DNA from: Candidatus Bathyarchaeota archaeon
Lineage (GTDB): Archaea; Thermoproteota; Bathyarchaeia; Hecatellales; Hecatellaceae
Length of the DNA: 64,000 bases
NCBI GenBank assembly: GCA_052246995.1
Contig: JBQPWD010000007.1
Span: 1 to 64,000, forward strand
Direction: 5' to 3'
Shown: positions 49,716-59,566 of the stretch, in pieces
How positions within the stretch are numbered: position 1 is the first letter of the stretch
Layout: every line of letters begins with the position of its first letter
Program-made: the position numbers and the translations under genes
Notes under the pieces: generated by a model
What the model saw: only the letters and a program-made list of their open reading frames with translations
Told to the model about the DNA's origin: nothing
Databases searched by the model: none

Positions 49716-50807
49716 TTACAAGGAAGCTACATTCTTGTGCTGTTGTTTTATTTGATATGCTAAACGAGTTGTTTCATTAAATATTGTATCATCAGCCAAA
49801 GCTACACAATGACCAGCGGTTCTTCTAATTTCACGAATTAACGCTGTAAGTTTAACAGCAACTTTAACATCCTTAATACCCTTAAAAATCTCCGCCGTTA
49901 AAACTTCATCAAGCTTACGAATTTCATTCATCCTATCCATGATTTCACTTGCAAGCTTAGCATCTCTTTCTAAGAAGGCTTTGAAAACGTCCATAACCAT
50001 TTTATAACCTTCATCAATAATTTTTGATAGTGTCTTAGATATTGTGCCTTCATCATTCAAAGAAAAGTTTAACTCTACCAGTTCTTTGCATATTCTCCCT
50101 ATTTGGGATATATGGTAGATTAAACGACTTACATCCCTTGCGGTAATAGCAAGAATAATACATTCGGCCGCGTTTTCTATTCCAAGGCTTTTAGCAATTA
50201 TTCTGTCAGAGTATGAGAGCATAAGTTGCCTAACAATAAGCCTATAAAGCTTCATAGCCTCATTAGACCTTTCAATAGCATCCTCAGCAAGCCCTAAATC
50301 TTTATCCCTTAAAGCCCTTACAGAATCAATGTAAATTGAAGATGAAAGGTTACAAACCCTGCTAAATATACTTTCAAGAGGAAAACCTGCAGGATCCACT
50401 ATTGCTCTAAGACTAAGTCTATTTGAAGTTTCATCAGCTATTTCAACACCAATAAGTTCTGATACTGTTGTTTTAACAATTTTTTTGAATTCCTGTTCAA
50501 TTCTTCTATCAGACTCAACATTTATGATGTCAGACCCACTCATGTAATGGGCTTTTATAAATAGGTCTAAAGATTTTGGAGAAGTTTTCTCATCAACTTT
50601 AAAAGTTGCAACTTTTACACGTGTACGTGAAAGTTCAACAGGTACAATTCTAATGGAGCCATCCTCTTCAAGAAACATGTTAACCATTCCGCCTCTTTTA
50701 AGCCCAACTTCCCTAGACCAATCCTTAGGAAGAACTACAAAAAAGCTTCCACCAGCACTTACCTGGAGCTTCCTTGTTTCAATAGATTGTTGCTCTCTAC
50801 CTAGCAT
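49716..50807 (-). CDS. phoU: Archaeal AbrB-PhoU phosphate uptake regulator
   Basis: ETRKLQ..GGS..VVLPKDW AbrB domain plus two PhoU repeats. Confidence 0.88.
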   Translation of the reverse strand: MLGREQQSIETRKLQVSAGGSFFVVLPKDWSREVGLKRGGMVNMFLEEDGSIRIVPVELSRTRVKVATFKVDEKTSPKSLDLFIKAHYMSGSDIINVESDRRIEQEFKKIVKTTVSELIGVEIADETSNRLSLRAIVDPAGFPLESIFSRVCNLSSSIYIDSVRALRDKDLGLAEDAIERSNEAMKLYRLIVRQLMLSYSDRIIAKSLGIENAAECIILAITARDVSRLIYHISQIGRICKELVELNFSLNDEGTISKTLSKIIDEGYKMVMDVFKAFLERDAKLASEIMDRMNEIRKLDEVLTAEIFKGIKDVKVAVKLTALIREIRRTAGHCVALADDTIFNETTRLAYQIKQQHKNVASL

Positions 50808-51121
50808 AGGCTATTCCTCCAGCTATCAGTAGTATATTTATGCAATATTTATCTTTTTCTATTTGAACAACATACAATTAGAATGATTTTATAAAATAAA
50901 CCTAACCAATAAAATTTTTAAGGAAAATAGATTGTTAAAAAGTTTTATCTACAATTAAAGCAAAAACATCATAGATGGTAAAAATTTAAATCATGTATAA
51001 GAAAACGTATCGTAAATTTTTAAGTGACACCCCTAAGCAATTCAGATGAAATTAAGTATAGAATTACAATCCTAATTTTAGCACCTATGCAAGGCAACAA
51101 ACTTCTCAAGAAAATTTTTGA

Positions 51122-51196
51122 AGCCCCGGGCGGGATTTGAACCCGCGACCGGTGGCTTACGAGGCCACCGCTATAACCGGGCTTAGCTACCGGGGC
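51122..51196 (-). tRNA. tRNA-Thr(CGT), no intron
   Basis: GCCCCGG acceptor; GTGGC-CT-CGT-AA-GCCAC. Confidence 0.95.
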
Positions 51197-51272
51197 TGAT
51201 GTTTAACCTCTAAAATATTCGTTCTTACTTAAGATTTTTAAACTCAATGCTTCTTAGATTTTTTGATGCTTA

Positions 51273-52280
51273 ATGTCTGCTAAGCCTGCATTCCAGATTG
51301 GTGAAAGGAAAATAATTGAAATTTTTCTTAAGGTTTTTGGTAAACCAGAAATTAAGCACATACCGATTGGCGATGATGTTGCAGGATTTGAAATTAATAA
51401 AAATTTGTGGGTAATCTTAAAGGTGGATTGTTTTGTAGATAAAACCGACATGCCTCCTGGTATGAGCTTCAGGCAGGCTGGGTGGAAAGCTATGATTATG
51501 AGTATAAGCGATTTTGCATGTAAAAACGTGATACCTAAAGTAGCGCTTGTAAACATAAATCTCCCATCCAACATGGATAAAAAAAGCTTAACTGAGGTTG
51601 CCCTAGGATTAAAAGATGCCGCAAAAATGTATGGAATTTATATTTTAGGGGGAGATACAAATGAAGCTTCAAACCTCACAATAACCACGATAATTTCAGG
51701 ATTGGCGAGGTTTAAAGATATCATTTTAAGAAGTAAGGCAAAACCAGGAGACCTTCTAGCCGTTTCAGGAAAGTTTGGTAAAACGAGCTGTGGATTAAAA
51801 ATTCTTTTAGAAAATTTAAATGCTCCGGAAGAAATCAAAAAAAAATTGCTTAAAGCTGTTTATAAGCCTAAAGTTAAACTTAACCTAGGATTTAATCTTA
51901 AAAAGCTTGGTGTAACATCATCCATAGATTCAAGCGATGGACTTGCATGGAGTCTTTATGAACTCTCAAATGCAAGCAATGTTGGCTTTATAATCAAAAA
52001 GCTCCCAATAGCTGAGGAAGCCAAAATTTTTGCAAAAATCAACAAGCTTGACCCCATAGACTTAACATTTTACGGAGGAGAAGAGTATGAAGTGATTGCA
52101 ACTTTAAACCCAAAAATTTATGAAAAAGCTAAAAATGAGTTTAAAAGAAAATTCATGGTAATAGGAGAAGTGGTAAAGGAGAAAAAAATTGTTTACATTG
52201 AAAATGGAAAAGAAGTAAAAATTAAGCCTAAAGGATGGGAACATTTTAAAATGAACAAAAACCCACTTCCTCACACTTAA
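51273..52280 (+). CDS. thiL: Thiamine-monophosphate kinase
   Basis: IGDDVA, SISD, GGDTN, DSSDGL, GGEEYE, GWEHF. Confidence 0.93.
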   Translation: MSAKPAFQIGERKIIEIFLKVFGKPEIKHIPIGDDVAGFEINKNLWVILKVDCFVDKTDMPPGMSFRQAGWKAMIMSISDFACKNVIPKVALVNINLPSNMDKKSLTEVALGLKDAAKMYGIYILGGDTNEASNLTITTIISGLARFKDIILRSKAKPGDLLAVSGKFGKTSCGLKILLENLNAPEEIKKKLLKAVYKPKVKLNLGFNLKKLGVTSSIDSSDGLAWSLYELSNASNVGFIIKKLPIAEEAKIFAKINKLDPIDLTFYGGEEYEVIATLNPKIYEKAKNEFKRKFMVIGEVVKEKKIVYIENGKEVKIKPKGWEHFKMNKNPLPHT

Positions 52281-52895
52281 GAGGTTTGAGAAACAGAGTT
52301 TAATTCTAGTTTGCTATAGCTGTAAGGGTAAAAATAAGTTTTCTCGGGTTTTATTAAAGTTAAATTTTGTGTTTTTAATCCATTCATCTCCTCAATTGAG
52401 GTAGGAGGGGATAGTTGATACAAGACACGGTATGAACAGCATACCTAGAAAGAAACTTGAGAAGTTGATGCCAAACCGATTGAGAGAAAAAGGTTTAGGG
52501 GTATTTGGTGGATATGCTGAAAGAGATATAAGTGATGTTGGGACGGAATTCTTGGAAGAAAAAGAACAGTAACCGTGATTACAAGGATGAGGTTGCTTTT
52601 GTTTTTCACAACTTAAATATCCTGCCCTTTCAGAGTTCATGGTATGCGTCGCAAAATAGGGATTGCTAAAATATCTAAGTTTCTCACCCTCTAGCCTGTT
52701 AATCTAGCACGACTACCGTCTCTTAAAGTAAATCTCAAGTTATTTAGGACGTACAAACAAAATAAACTTCTACAAAATTATGAAAACCTAGGATTTGCTG
52801 AAAGCCTAAAAAGACTTCTACAATATACTGTCTGATTTACATGAACTAAGTTTATCATAAACATCCAAAAGTTAAAGAATTTGAAACTAAAAAGG

Positions 52896-52973
52896 TGGCG
52901 GGCTCGGGGGGATTTGAACCCCCGATCTCCAGCTCCGAAGGCTGGCGCGTTTTCCATGCTACGCTACGAGCCC
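52896..52973 (-). tRNA. tRNA-Arg(TCG), no intron, CCA encoded
   Basis: CCAGC-CT-TCG-GA-GCTGG; A20 identity element. Confidence 0.95.
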
Positions 52974-53080
52974 GCTTATATGGTTTAGAATGGTTTAACT
53001 AGTAGGAAGGCTTATCTATCTTAAAATTGTTAGCTTTTTTTAGTTAAGGTTATGGTTTAAGGCTTGCTGGTGCAGAAGGC

Positions 53081-53812
53081 ATGGAAACGCATACTAGAGA
53101 TTTGGAGTTTAGACTTATGACCATTAAACTCTTGAACACGATTAAAAGAAAGCATACTTATAGAGAAATTTCCCAGTGGACAGGTTTACCTGTAACTGTT
53201 TTAAGTAGATATGTTAAGGGGCATGTTTTACCTACATCTAAAAGAGCTAGAGAGATATGGGCAGCTCTCCAAAAAATTGCAAACTTAGAAGATACGTTAA
53301 TTTCAAGGATTAAGTTTGATGAGATGGGATACTTTGATAACACCCAAATAGTTTACGATGTCCCTCTTCTACGTCTTGCAGCACAATACGCAATATCAAA
53401 ATTTGCTGGTAAAAGAATAAATAAGGTTTTAACACCCGCAGTTGATGGAGTACCTTTAGCAACTTTAATAGCAAATTCGCTGGATGTTGACCTTGTTATT
53501 GCTAAAAAAAATAAGGAAATAGGAGTTAAAGAGTATATTGAGGAGAACTATATACCGCAAAACTTAGGGGTAATCTTAACATTTTATATTCCAAAAGATG
53601 CAATAAGAAAAGGAGATAGTATTCTTGTTGTTGACGACGTTATTAGAACAGGAGAAACACAACAAGCATTAATTCAACTTGTAAACAAGGTTAAAGCTGA
53701 ACTTGCAGGAATTTTTGTTCTTATAGCCGTTGGAGAGGATTGGAAAAAAAGACTTACAGTCCCGCCAAACTGCATGGTTGAAGTTTTAGCAACAATTGAA
53801 AAAGAACGCTAA
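53081..53812 (+). CDS. HTH-fused type I phosphoribosyltransferase (APRT-like, possible PRPP-responsive regulator)
   Basis: TYREIS..LSRYVKGHVLP HTH; VVDDVIRTGET PRPP loop. Confidence 0.85.
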   Translation: METHTRDLEFRLMTIKLLNTIKRKHTYREISQWTGLPVTVLSRYVKGHVLPTSKRAREIWAALQKIANLEDTLISRIKFDEMGYFDNTQIVYDVPLLRLAAQYAISKFAGKRINKVLTPAVDGVPLATLIANSLDVDLVIAKKNKEIGVKEYIEENYIPQNLGVILTFYIPKDAIRKGDSILVVDDVIRTGETQQALIQLVNKVKAELAGIFVLIAVGEDWKKRLTVPPNCMVEVLATIEKER

Positions 53813-53834
53813 GTAACAAGGAAAATTTATAATT

Positions 53835-54854
53835 TTAGATTAAGTTTTTAATTTCTTCAGTTAAAGGTTTAATTACACCCTTTTCAGTAATTATTCCAGT
53901 TATAAGTTCAGGAGGGGTTATATCAAAAGCTGGGTTTAAAACTTTTACATTTTTAGGTGTTATCCTCCTACCCATACACGTTAAAACTTCTTCAGGTTTT
54001 CTTTCTTCAATTATAACATCTTCAATACTACCTCTAGAATCTATGGTTGAAGTTGGAGCTGCAACATAAAAAGGTATACTATGCTTTTGAGCTAAAACAG
54101 CAATAGTATATGTTCCAATCTTGTTTATAACATGACCTGAAAGAAGAACTCTATCAGCCCCAACAACAACTTTATGCACTAAACCTTTCCACATAACATA
54201 ACCAACCATGTTATCGGTAATTAAAGTAAATGGGATTTTTGCTTTTTTAAGCTCAAAAGCTGTAAGTCTTGCACCTTGAAGTAAAGGTCTAGTTTCAGTT
54301 ATTATAACATTAATCTTCTTACCTTGCGTAAAAGCAGCCTTAATTACGCCTAAAGCTGTTCCGTATCCTACCGTTGCAAGCTCACCAGCATTACAATGCG
54401 TTAAAACAGATTCACCATCATTAATAAGTTCAGCACCTTTAAAGCTGAGTTGACGATTAACCTCATAATCTCTATTAACAAGTTTAAGACATTCATCCAT
54501 AACATGTTTCTTAAGCTTCTCTACACTTCCATCAAACTCCTCTGCAAGTTTTAACACGTAGTCTGTTGCATTAAAAAGATTTACCGCTGTTGGACGTGTA
54601 CTCCTTATAAGACTTGCAGTTTTTTTAAGTTCACTAATAAAATCATCAACGTTCTTAGCTTTACTATAATAGGCTGTTTGCGCTAAAGCTAATGCCGCGG
54701 CGGCGCCTATAAGCGGGGCGCCCCTAATTTTCATGTCTTTTATTGCATCTGAGATTTCTTTTGGAGTTCTAAGTTTAATGTATACAAGCTTTTCTGGAAG
54801 TTTTGTTTGGTCAATTGTTACAACTAAGCCTCTATTCCATCTAATAGTTTTCAT
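53835..54854 (-). CDS. mtnA: S-methyl-5-thioribose-1-phosphate isomerase
   Basis: IRGAP, RPTAVNL, THCNAGELAT, ETRP..QG, NPAFDITP. Confidence 0.92.
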   Translation of the reverse strand: MKTIRWNRGLVVTIDQTKLPEKLVYIKLRTPKEISDAIKDMKIRGAPLIGAAAALALAQTAYYSKAKNVDDFISELKKTASLIRSTRPTAVNLFNATDYVLKLAEEFDGSVEKLKKHVMDECLKLVNRDYEVNRQLSFKGAELINDGESVLTHCNAGELATVGYGTALGVIKAAFTQGKKINVIITETRPLLQGARLTAFELKKAKIPFTLITDNMVGYVMWKGLVHKVVVGADRVLLSGHVINKIGTYTIAVLAQKHSIPFYVAAPTSTIDSRGSIEDVIIEERKPEEVLTCMGRRITPKNVKVLNPAFDITPPELITGIITEKGVIKPLTEEIKNLI

Positions 54855-54960
54855 TTTAACCCAAAAATTTAAACTAACACTCTACCTAATAGAGTTTGCT
54901 TATTCCTATAAAGTTTTTAGCTTAAATACGTTGTCAGTAACTAAATTTTATGGGATAAAA

Positions 54961-55497
54961 TTGAGTGAAAAAAAGCTGATTAAAGGATTTTTTTCATCAA
55001 AACTTGGCAAAGTTTTTGTTAAAGATGAGGAGAGTGTAAGGGTTCTACTTGAAAAAGGTTATGGAGAAAAGATTGAAAACGCTGTGGAGCTTGAGCCATA
55101 CGAGGTTTTATATCTTGTATATGAGGGTTTGTTAGAAGTTTATGATGAAGAAACAGGAGAAAAAAATGATGGAAAAAAGTTACTTAAAATTTTTTCCCAG
55201 CAGAATGGGTTAGCATGGTCTAAGTATCTTGTTTATAGAGACTTACGTAAAAGGGGGTATGTTGTTAAAAGCGGTTATGGTTATGGGGTTGATTTTAGAG
55301 TTTATGAGAGAGGAGAGTATAACAAGAAAGCTGCAAAATACCTTGTTTGCAGTATTTTTGAGGGGGAGCCTGTACAAATTAAAGCTTTAATGAACGTTTT
55401 AACTAGCGCAAGTAATGTTAAAAAGGAAGTTATTCTTGGAGTTATTGAACGTAGAGGAGAGGTTGTATACTATTCTCTTTCAAGTTTTAACCCTTAA
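54961..55497 (+). CDS. endA: tRNA splicing endonuclease subunit, probably structural (catalytic His not evident)
   Basis: YLVYRDLRKRGY, GVDFRVY, GEVVYY; TTG start; the track's N-terminal extension overlaps mtnA. Confidence 0.85.
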   Translation: MSEKKLIKGFFSSKLGKVFVKDEESVRVLLEKGYGEKIENAVELEPYEVLYLVYEGLLEVYDEETGEKNDGKKLLKIFSQQNGLAWSKYLVYRDLRKRGYVVKSGYGYGVDFRVYERGEYNKKAAKYLVCSIFEGEPVQIKALMNVLTSASNVKKEVILGVIERRGEVVYYSLSSFNP

Positions 55498-56797
55498 CTG
55501 TTAAAAAATCTTTAAGCTTCTCAAGCTTAACCTCAAATTCTTCAAATCGATTCATATCCTTAACTTTAACCGCACCTCTCTCCAACTCCTTTTCACCAAC
55601 GATAATCGTAAAGCTAAAGTTAAGTTTACTAGCATGCTCAAGCTGTTTTTTAAGTGGACGTTGTCTAAGGTCAAAATCTGCCGAAAAACCCCAGCTTCTA
55701 ATTTTTTCAACAATCTCCAAAACCTTTCCACGAACATTTTCATTTACAGCTGCAACAAACACTTTACCAGATTTTTCAATTTTTGGAAGAAGGTTTGCCT
55801 TTTTTAATGTTAAAATCAATCTTTCAATTCCACCTGCAACACCTGTAGCTGGGAGGTCTCTACCATAAATTTTGCAGAGACCATTATATCTTCCACCTGC
55901 AACCACTGCTCCAACATCAACTTCAGCTTTATCGTACACCTCAAAAACAACACCATCATAGTAGCCTATTCCACGAACGATTCCCATATCTAAAATACAC
56001 TTACTATTTTTTCCAAAAGCCTTGAGAAAGTCAATAACGCTTTTAAGCTCTCCTAAGCCATTTAAAGCCTTTTCATTCTTTCCTACAAAATCAGTAACTT
56101 CGTCTAAAACTTTGTTAGGTTCCCCTTTAATTGAAACAAAACCTAAAACCTTGTTTAAAATTTCATCTTTTAACCCAATCCTTCCCAGTTCGCTTAGAAA
56201 TTCTTCCTCAGAAATTTTTTCATGTTTATCAATAACCCTTAAAACTTGTTCAACCTTACCACCCTCAAAAATGCCAACGCTGTTTAAAAAACCTTCAACA
56301 AGCTTTCTACTGCTAATTTTAACCTCAAAATCTTCCAAACCAACTTCTTTAAGAACATCTATGCTTAAAGCTATAATTTCAGCATCAGCTTCAGGCATCT
56401 CACTACCAAAGATTTCGGCATCCCATTGGTAAAAACAACGATACCGACCATACTGAGGTTCATCATATCTCCACATATTAGAAATTGCACAAAGCTTTAA
56501 AGGTAAAATTAGGTCTTGACGTGTTGCAACCATTCTTGCCAAACCAACAGTTAAATCAAATCTTAACCCAAGCCTTCTTCCAGCTTTATCCTCAAACCAG
56601 TAAATCTCATCTCTAATAGACGGTCCACACTTAGCTTCTAATGTCTCAAGGTTTTCTATTGTAGATGGTTCAACAAGCTCAAAGTTGTACCTTTCTAAAA
56701 CTTTTAGTATTTTTTGTATAACCCATAGTCTAATTTTCATTTCCTCAGCATCAATATCTCTCATACCTCGAGGAGGAGTGTACTCATGGACTGACAA
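55487..56797 (-). CDS. hisS: Histidyl-tRNA synthetase
   Basis: PRGMRD, LRFDLT, RYDEPQYGRYR, RGIGYY, GGRY, GIER. Confidence 0.96.
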   Translation of the reverse strand: MSVHEYTPPRGMRDIDAEEMKIRLWVIQKILKVLERYNFELVEPSTIENLETLEAKCGPSIRDEIYWFEDKAGRRLGLRFDLTVGLARMVATRQDLILPLKLCAISNMWRYDEPQYGRYRCFYQWDAEIFGSEMPEADAEIIALSIDVLKEVGLEDFEVKISSRKLVEGFLNSVGIFEGGKVEQVLRVIDKHEKISEEEFLSELGRIGLKDEILNKVLGFVSIKGEPNKVLDEVTDFVGKNEKALNGLGELKSVIDFLKAFGKNSKCILDMGIVRGIGYYDGVVFEVYDKAEVDVGAVVAGGRYNGLCKIYGRDLPATGVAGGIERLILTLKKANLLPKIEKSGKVFVAAVNENVRGKVLEIVEKIRSWGFSADFDLRQRPLKKQLEHASKLNFSFTIIVGEKELERGAVKVKDMNRFEEFEVKLEKLKDFLTVKG

Positions 56798-56903
56798 AGT
56801 TTATCAACCTAACCTCTAACCCTAACATTAAAGCAAACTATTTTAACTTTAACATTTCTTTTTTTAAATTAATTAAAAAAAAAATATCCTTTGGTGAAAA
56901 AAG

Positions 56904-57104
56904 ATGGTTGAGAAGCATAAACATTGTATTGTATGTGGAATATCAATTGACCCGGATAAAGAGCCACCTATTTGTAGCAAAAAATGTGAATACATATGGG
57001 GAAAAAGGGTTAGAAGAGAAAGAATAGCGGTAACCCTTCCGTTTATATTTATCATAGCATTTATTGGTGTAATGTTTTTAATTTCAATACTTTCTGGAAG
57101 GTAA
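56904..57104 (+). CDS. DUF2116 family Zn-ribbon membrane protein
   Basis: HKHCIVCG..ICSKKC plus C-terminal TM helix. Confidence 0.88.
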   Translation: MVEKHKHCIVCGISIDPDKEPPICSKKCEYIWGKRVRRERIAVTLPFIFIIAFIGVMFLISILSGR

Positions 57105-57108
57105 AATT

Positions 57109-58227
57109 TTAAGTAAATTTTTTCTCCAAAAAAATTTGGAGACCACTTAAGTTACTAAAAATTTTTGTTGAATGGAATACAATCCATGGACTTGGATTTT
57201 TAAGTTTACAAACAGTAAGGGTGGGTTTACCTAGATTTCTTGCATAAAAAAGTTCCATACATGTTCCTGCTGAAAGTGTTGGTAAGTATGCAACAAAAAG
57301 GCTGGAAACACCTATATCAAGCAAGTCTCTCTTAATAAATCCTTCTGGAAAAGTATTACGTTTACTATTAAACCTGTAAAAAACTTTTTCACGTTCCCAT
57401 GCATCTAAAACTTCAAACCCAAGATTCTTAAGAATTCTTTTAAGTTTAACTCTGTAAGCTTGTTTTTTCTCCATACCCTGGATAGGCCCCGCAACGAATA
57501 CTCTTTTAAGGTTAAACTTCACACCCGTAAAAATGTCAGGTTTATCAGTAACTATTCCATCAACTCCATTTTTAATGAGTATTTTACCATCATCAACATT
57601 GTTAACAGTCCAAGCATAAACTTTTAAACCATCTTTATGCAGATTTTCAACAAAATCCTTTGATGCATAACTGTAATGCTGGAAAACAGCCTCAGCCTTA
57701 GCATTGAGTGCTTGTTGGGATGGGTTTAAAGGTTTACATTTAAATATGATACCACAAGTAATTTTCTTGTTAAGTGTTTTAACACTTCTTATTATTTGAT
57801 GATTAAATGATACCATAATGACGTCTTCAACGATTCTCTCTTTTTCTAAAAGTTTTACGATCTTTCTTTCTAAACCCTCAGATTTAACTTCAATAACAAG
57901 TTTAACCCTACCTTTAACAGCATTTAAAACCTCCTTAAGCGTCGGGATTTTTTCGCCTAAGGCTAAATTAAGCCTTTTAAGCCTGTTTAAAGTTAAATTT
58001 TTAACAAACCCTTTTCCATCACTAACTCTATCAACAAACTCATCATGAATAACAATAAGCTCGCCATCCTTACTTTTCCTAACATCAACCTCAACCATGT
58101 CTGCCTTAAGCTTTATGGCGGTTTCAACGGCTTTTAAGCTATTTTCAGGTTCATATGCGCTTGCACCTCTATGAGCAATAATGAGGGTTTTACCCAAAGA
58201 ATTCACCAACAACAAAGGTTTCAACAT
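57109..58227 (-). CDS. Glycerophosphodiester phosphodiesterase fused to a nucleoside 2-deoxyribosyltransferase/Rcl-like domain (likely start TTG 58197)
   Basis: AHRGA, EVDV, IEVK, WTVN, TDKP, then FVAGP..RDL..GTCMELFYA. Confidence 0.85.
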   Translation of the reverse strand: MLKPLLLVNSLGKTLIIAHRGASAYEPENSLKAVETAIKLKADMVEVDVRKSKDGELIVIHDEFVDRVSDGKGFVKNLTLNRLKRLNLALGEKIPTLKEVLNAVKGRVKLVIEVKSEGLERKIVKLLEKERIVEDVIMVSFNHQIIRSVKTLNKKITCGIIFKCKPLNPSQQALNAKAEAVFQHYSYASKDFVENLHKDGLKVYAWTVNNVDDGKILIKNGVDGIVTDKPDIFTGVKFNLKRVFVAGPIQGMEKKQAYRVKLKRILKNLGFEVLDAWEREKVFYRFNSKRNTFPEGFIKRDLLDIGVSSLFVAYLPTLSAGTCMELFYARNLGKPTLTVCKLKNPSPWIVFHSTKIFSNLSGLQIFLEKKFT

Positions 58228-58440
58228 AAACTATTAAACCTTTAACACAAACAAAAGCATGGAAAAACTGTTAATTTTTGAAGTTGAGCTTATGCTAAAA
58301 TAAATGTAGATAAGATTGGATATATGATATTGTTTAACAAGCTTAGAACTTGGTAATAGTGAAACTTTTGGTGTGCCGATACGGCCATCAAGACGAGAAT
58401 AATTTAATTTTACAAATTTCCAATTTGACAGTTAGTAGAT

Positions 58441-58612
58441 ATGGTAAAGATAATAAAAGTAAATCCAATAAATCCTGAAAAAACTGATTAGAGAAGTCGC
58501 TGAAATAATTTCCAATGAAGAACTTGTAGCCTTTCCCATAGAAACAGTTTATGGGTTAGTGGCTACGCTTACGGCAGTGAAGCAGTTATTAAGATTTTTA
58601 AAGTAAAAAGAA
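58441..58612 (+). pseudogene. Frameshifted, truncated Sua5/TsaC N-terminal remnant
   Basis: MVKIIKVNPINPEK / LIREVAEIISNEELVAFPIETVYGL / AYGSEAVIKIFKVKR in three segments separated by frameshifts. Confidence 0.8.
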
Positions 58613-58698
58613 ACATTTTCTTTTTCTGCTTCATGTCTTGCGTTAGGTTTATTTTTTAGCAAACTGGTATTTTTTTAAAAAACATTTGTGGAAGTTTT

Positions 58699-59556
58699 AT
58701 GGTTAGAATTTCGTCCATACAGTTTAAGGTCAAAAATGTTAAAAATTTTAAAGAGTTTGAAGAACATGTTGAGGAAATAGTGGTTAAGGCTAAGAAGAAT
58801 AATTCAGAGTTTATTGTTTTTCCTGAATATTTTACAATTGAAGCCGTCACCGCCTATCCTTCCCCAGTTAAGCTTAATGAGGCATTAAAAAGGCTAGCTG
58901 AGGAATATTTTGAAGAGTTTAAAGGATTTATGGAGAGTTTAGCTAAAAAATATCAAGTATTTATTGTTGCTGGAAGTACTCCGGAAAAAATTGGAGATAA
59001 ATACTACAATACAAGCATGTTAATTTCACCTGAGGGAGAGGTTGGCAGATATAGAAAAATTCACCTTCACGCCGCGGATAAGGTTATGGGATTAGATGGA
59101 CATGGAGAAGAATTAAAGATTTTTGAAACACCTTATGGAAAAACTTCGATAATAATCTGTTATGATTCAATTTTTCCTGAAATTTCAAGAATTTTAAGGT
59201 TAAAAGGTGTTGAAGTTCTCTTTGTACCATCAGCAGCACCAGATAAATCAAGCTTCCTAGATTTAAGAAGATGCTGTGAAGCGAGGGTTGTGGAGAACCA
59301 GTTTATTGTTGTTCATTCAGTACTTGTTGGAGAGATAAAAACTGAAGAAGAATTTAGATTTTACGGTAAATCCTCAATACTTTATCCTGGTGGAAACAAA
59401 GTTTTATCTGATGGAAAAATAGGCAAAGAGCTTGTTGTAGTGGCGAATGTAGATATGGAGCGGGTGAGGTTGAGAATAAAAAATCAGCATGTTATAAAAG
59501 ATTTAAGACCGAAAATTTACAGTGAGCTTTGCAAAAGTAGCTGGAAAGTTGAATAA
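58699..59556 (+). CDS. Carbon-nitrogen hydrolase (nitrilase superfamily)
   Basis: Glu-Lys-Cys triad: FPEYF, YRKIHL, ICYD. Confidence 0.92.
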   Translation: MVRISSIQFKVKNVKNFKEFEEHVEEIVVKAKKNNSEFIVFPEYFTIEAVTAYPSPVKLNEALKRLAEEYFEEFKGFMESLAKKYQVFIVAGSTPEKIGDKYYNTSMLISPEGEVGRYRKIHLHAADKVMGLDGHGEELKIFETPYGKTSIIICYDSIFPEISRILRLKGVEVLFVPSAAPDKSSFLDLRRCCEARVVENQFIVVHSVLVGEIKTEEEFRFYGKSSILYPGGNKVLSDGKIGKELVVVANVDMERVRLRIKNQHVIKDLRPKIYSELCKSSWKVE

Positions 59557-59566
59557 AAATTTCTGT

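Noticed and set aside
54733-54960. N-terminal extension of the endA ORF
   Set aside because: Overlaps mtnA on the opposite strand and the shared promoter region; TTG 54961 gives a normal-sized subunit.
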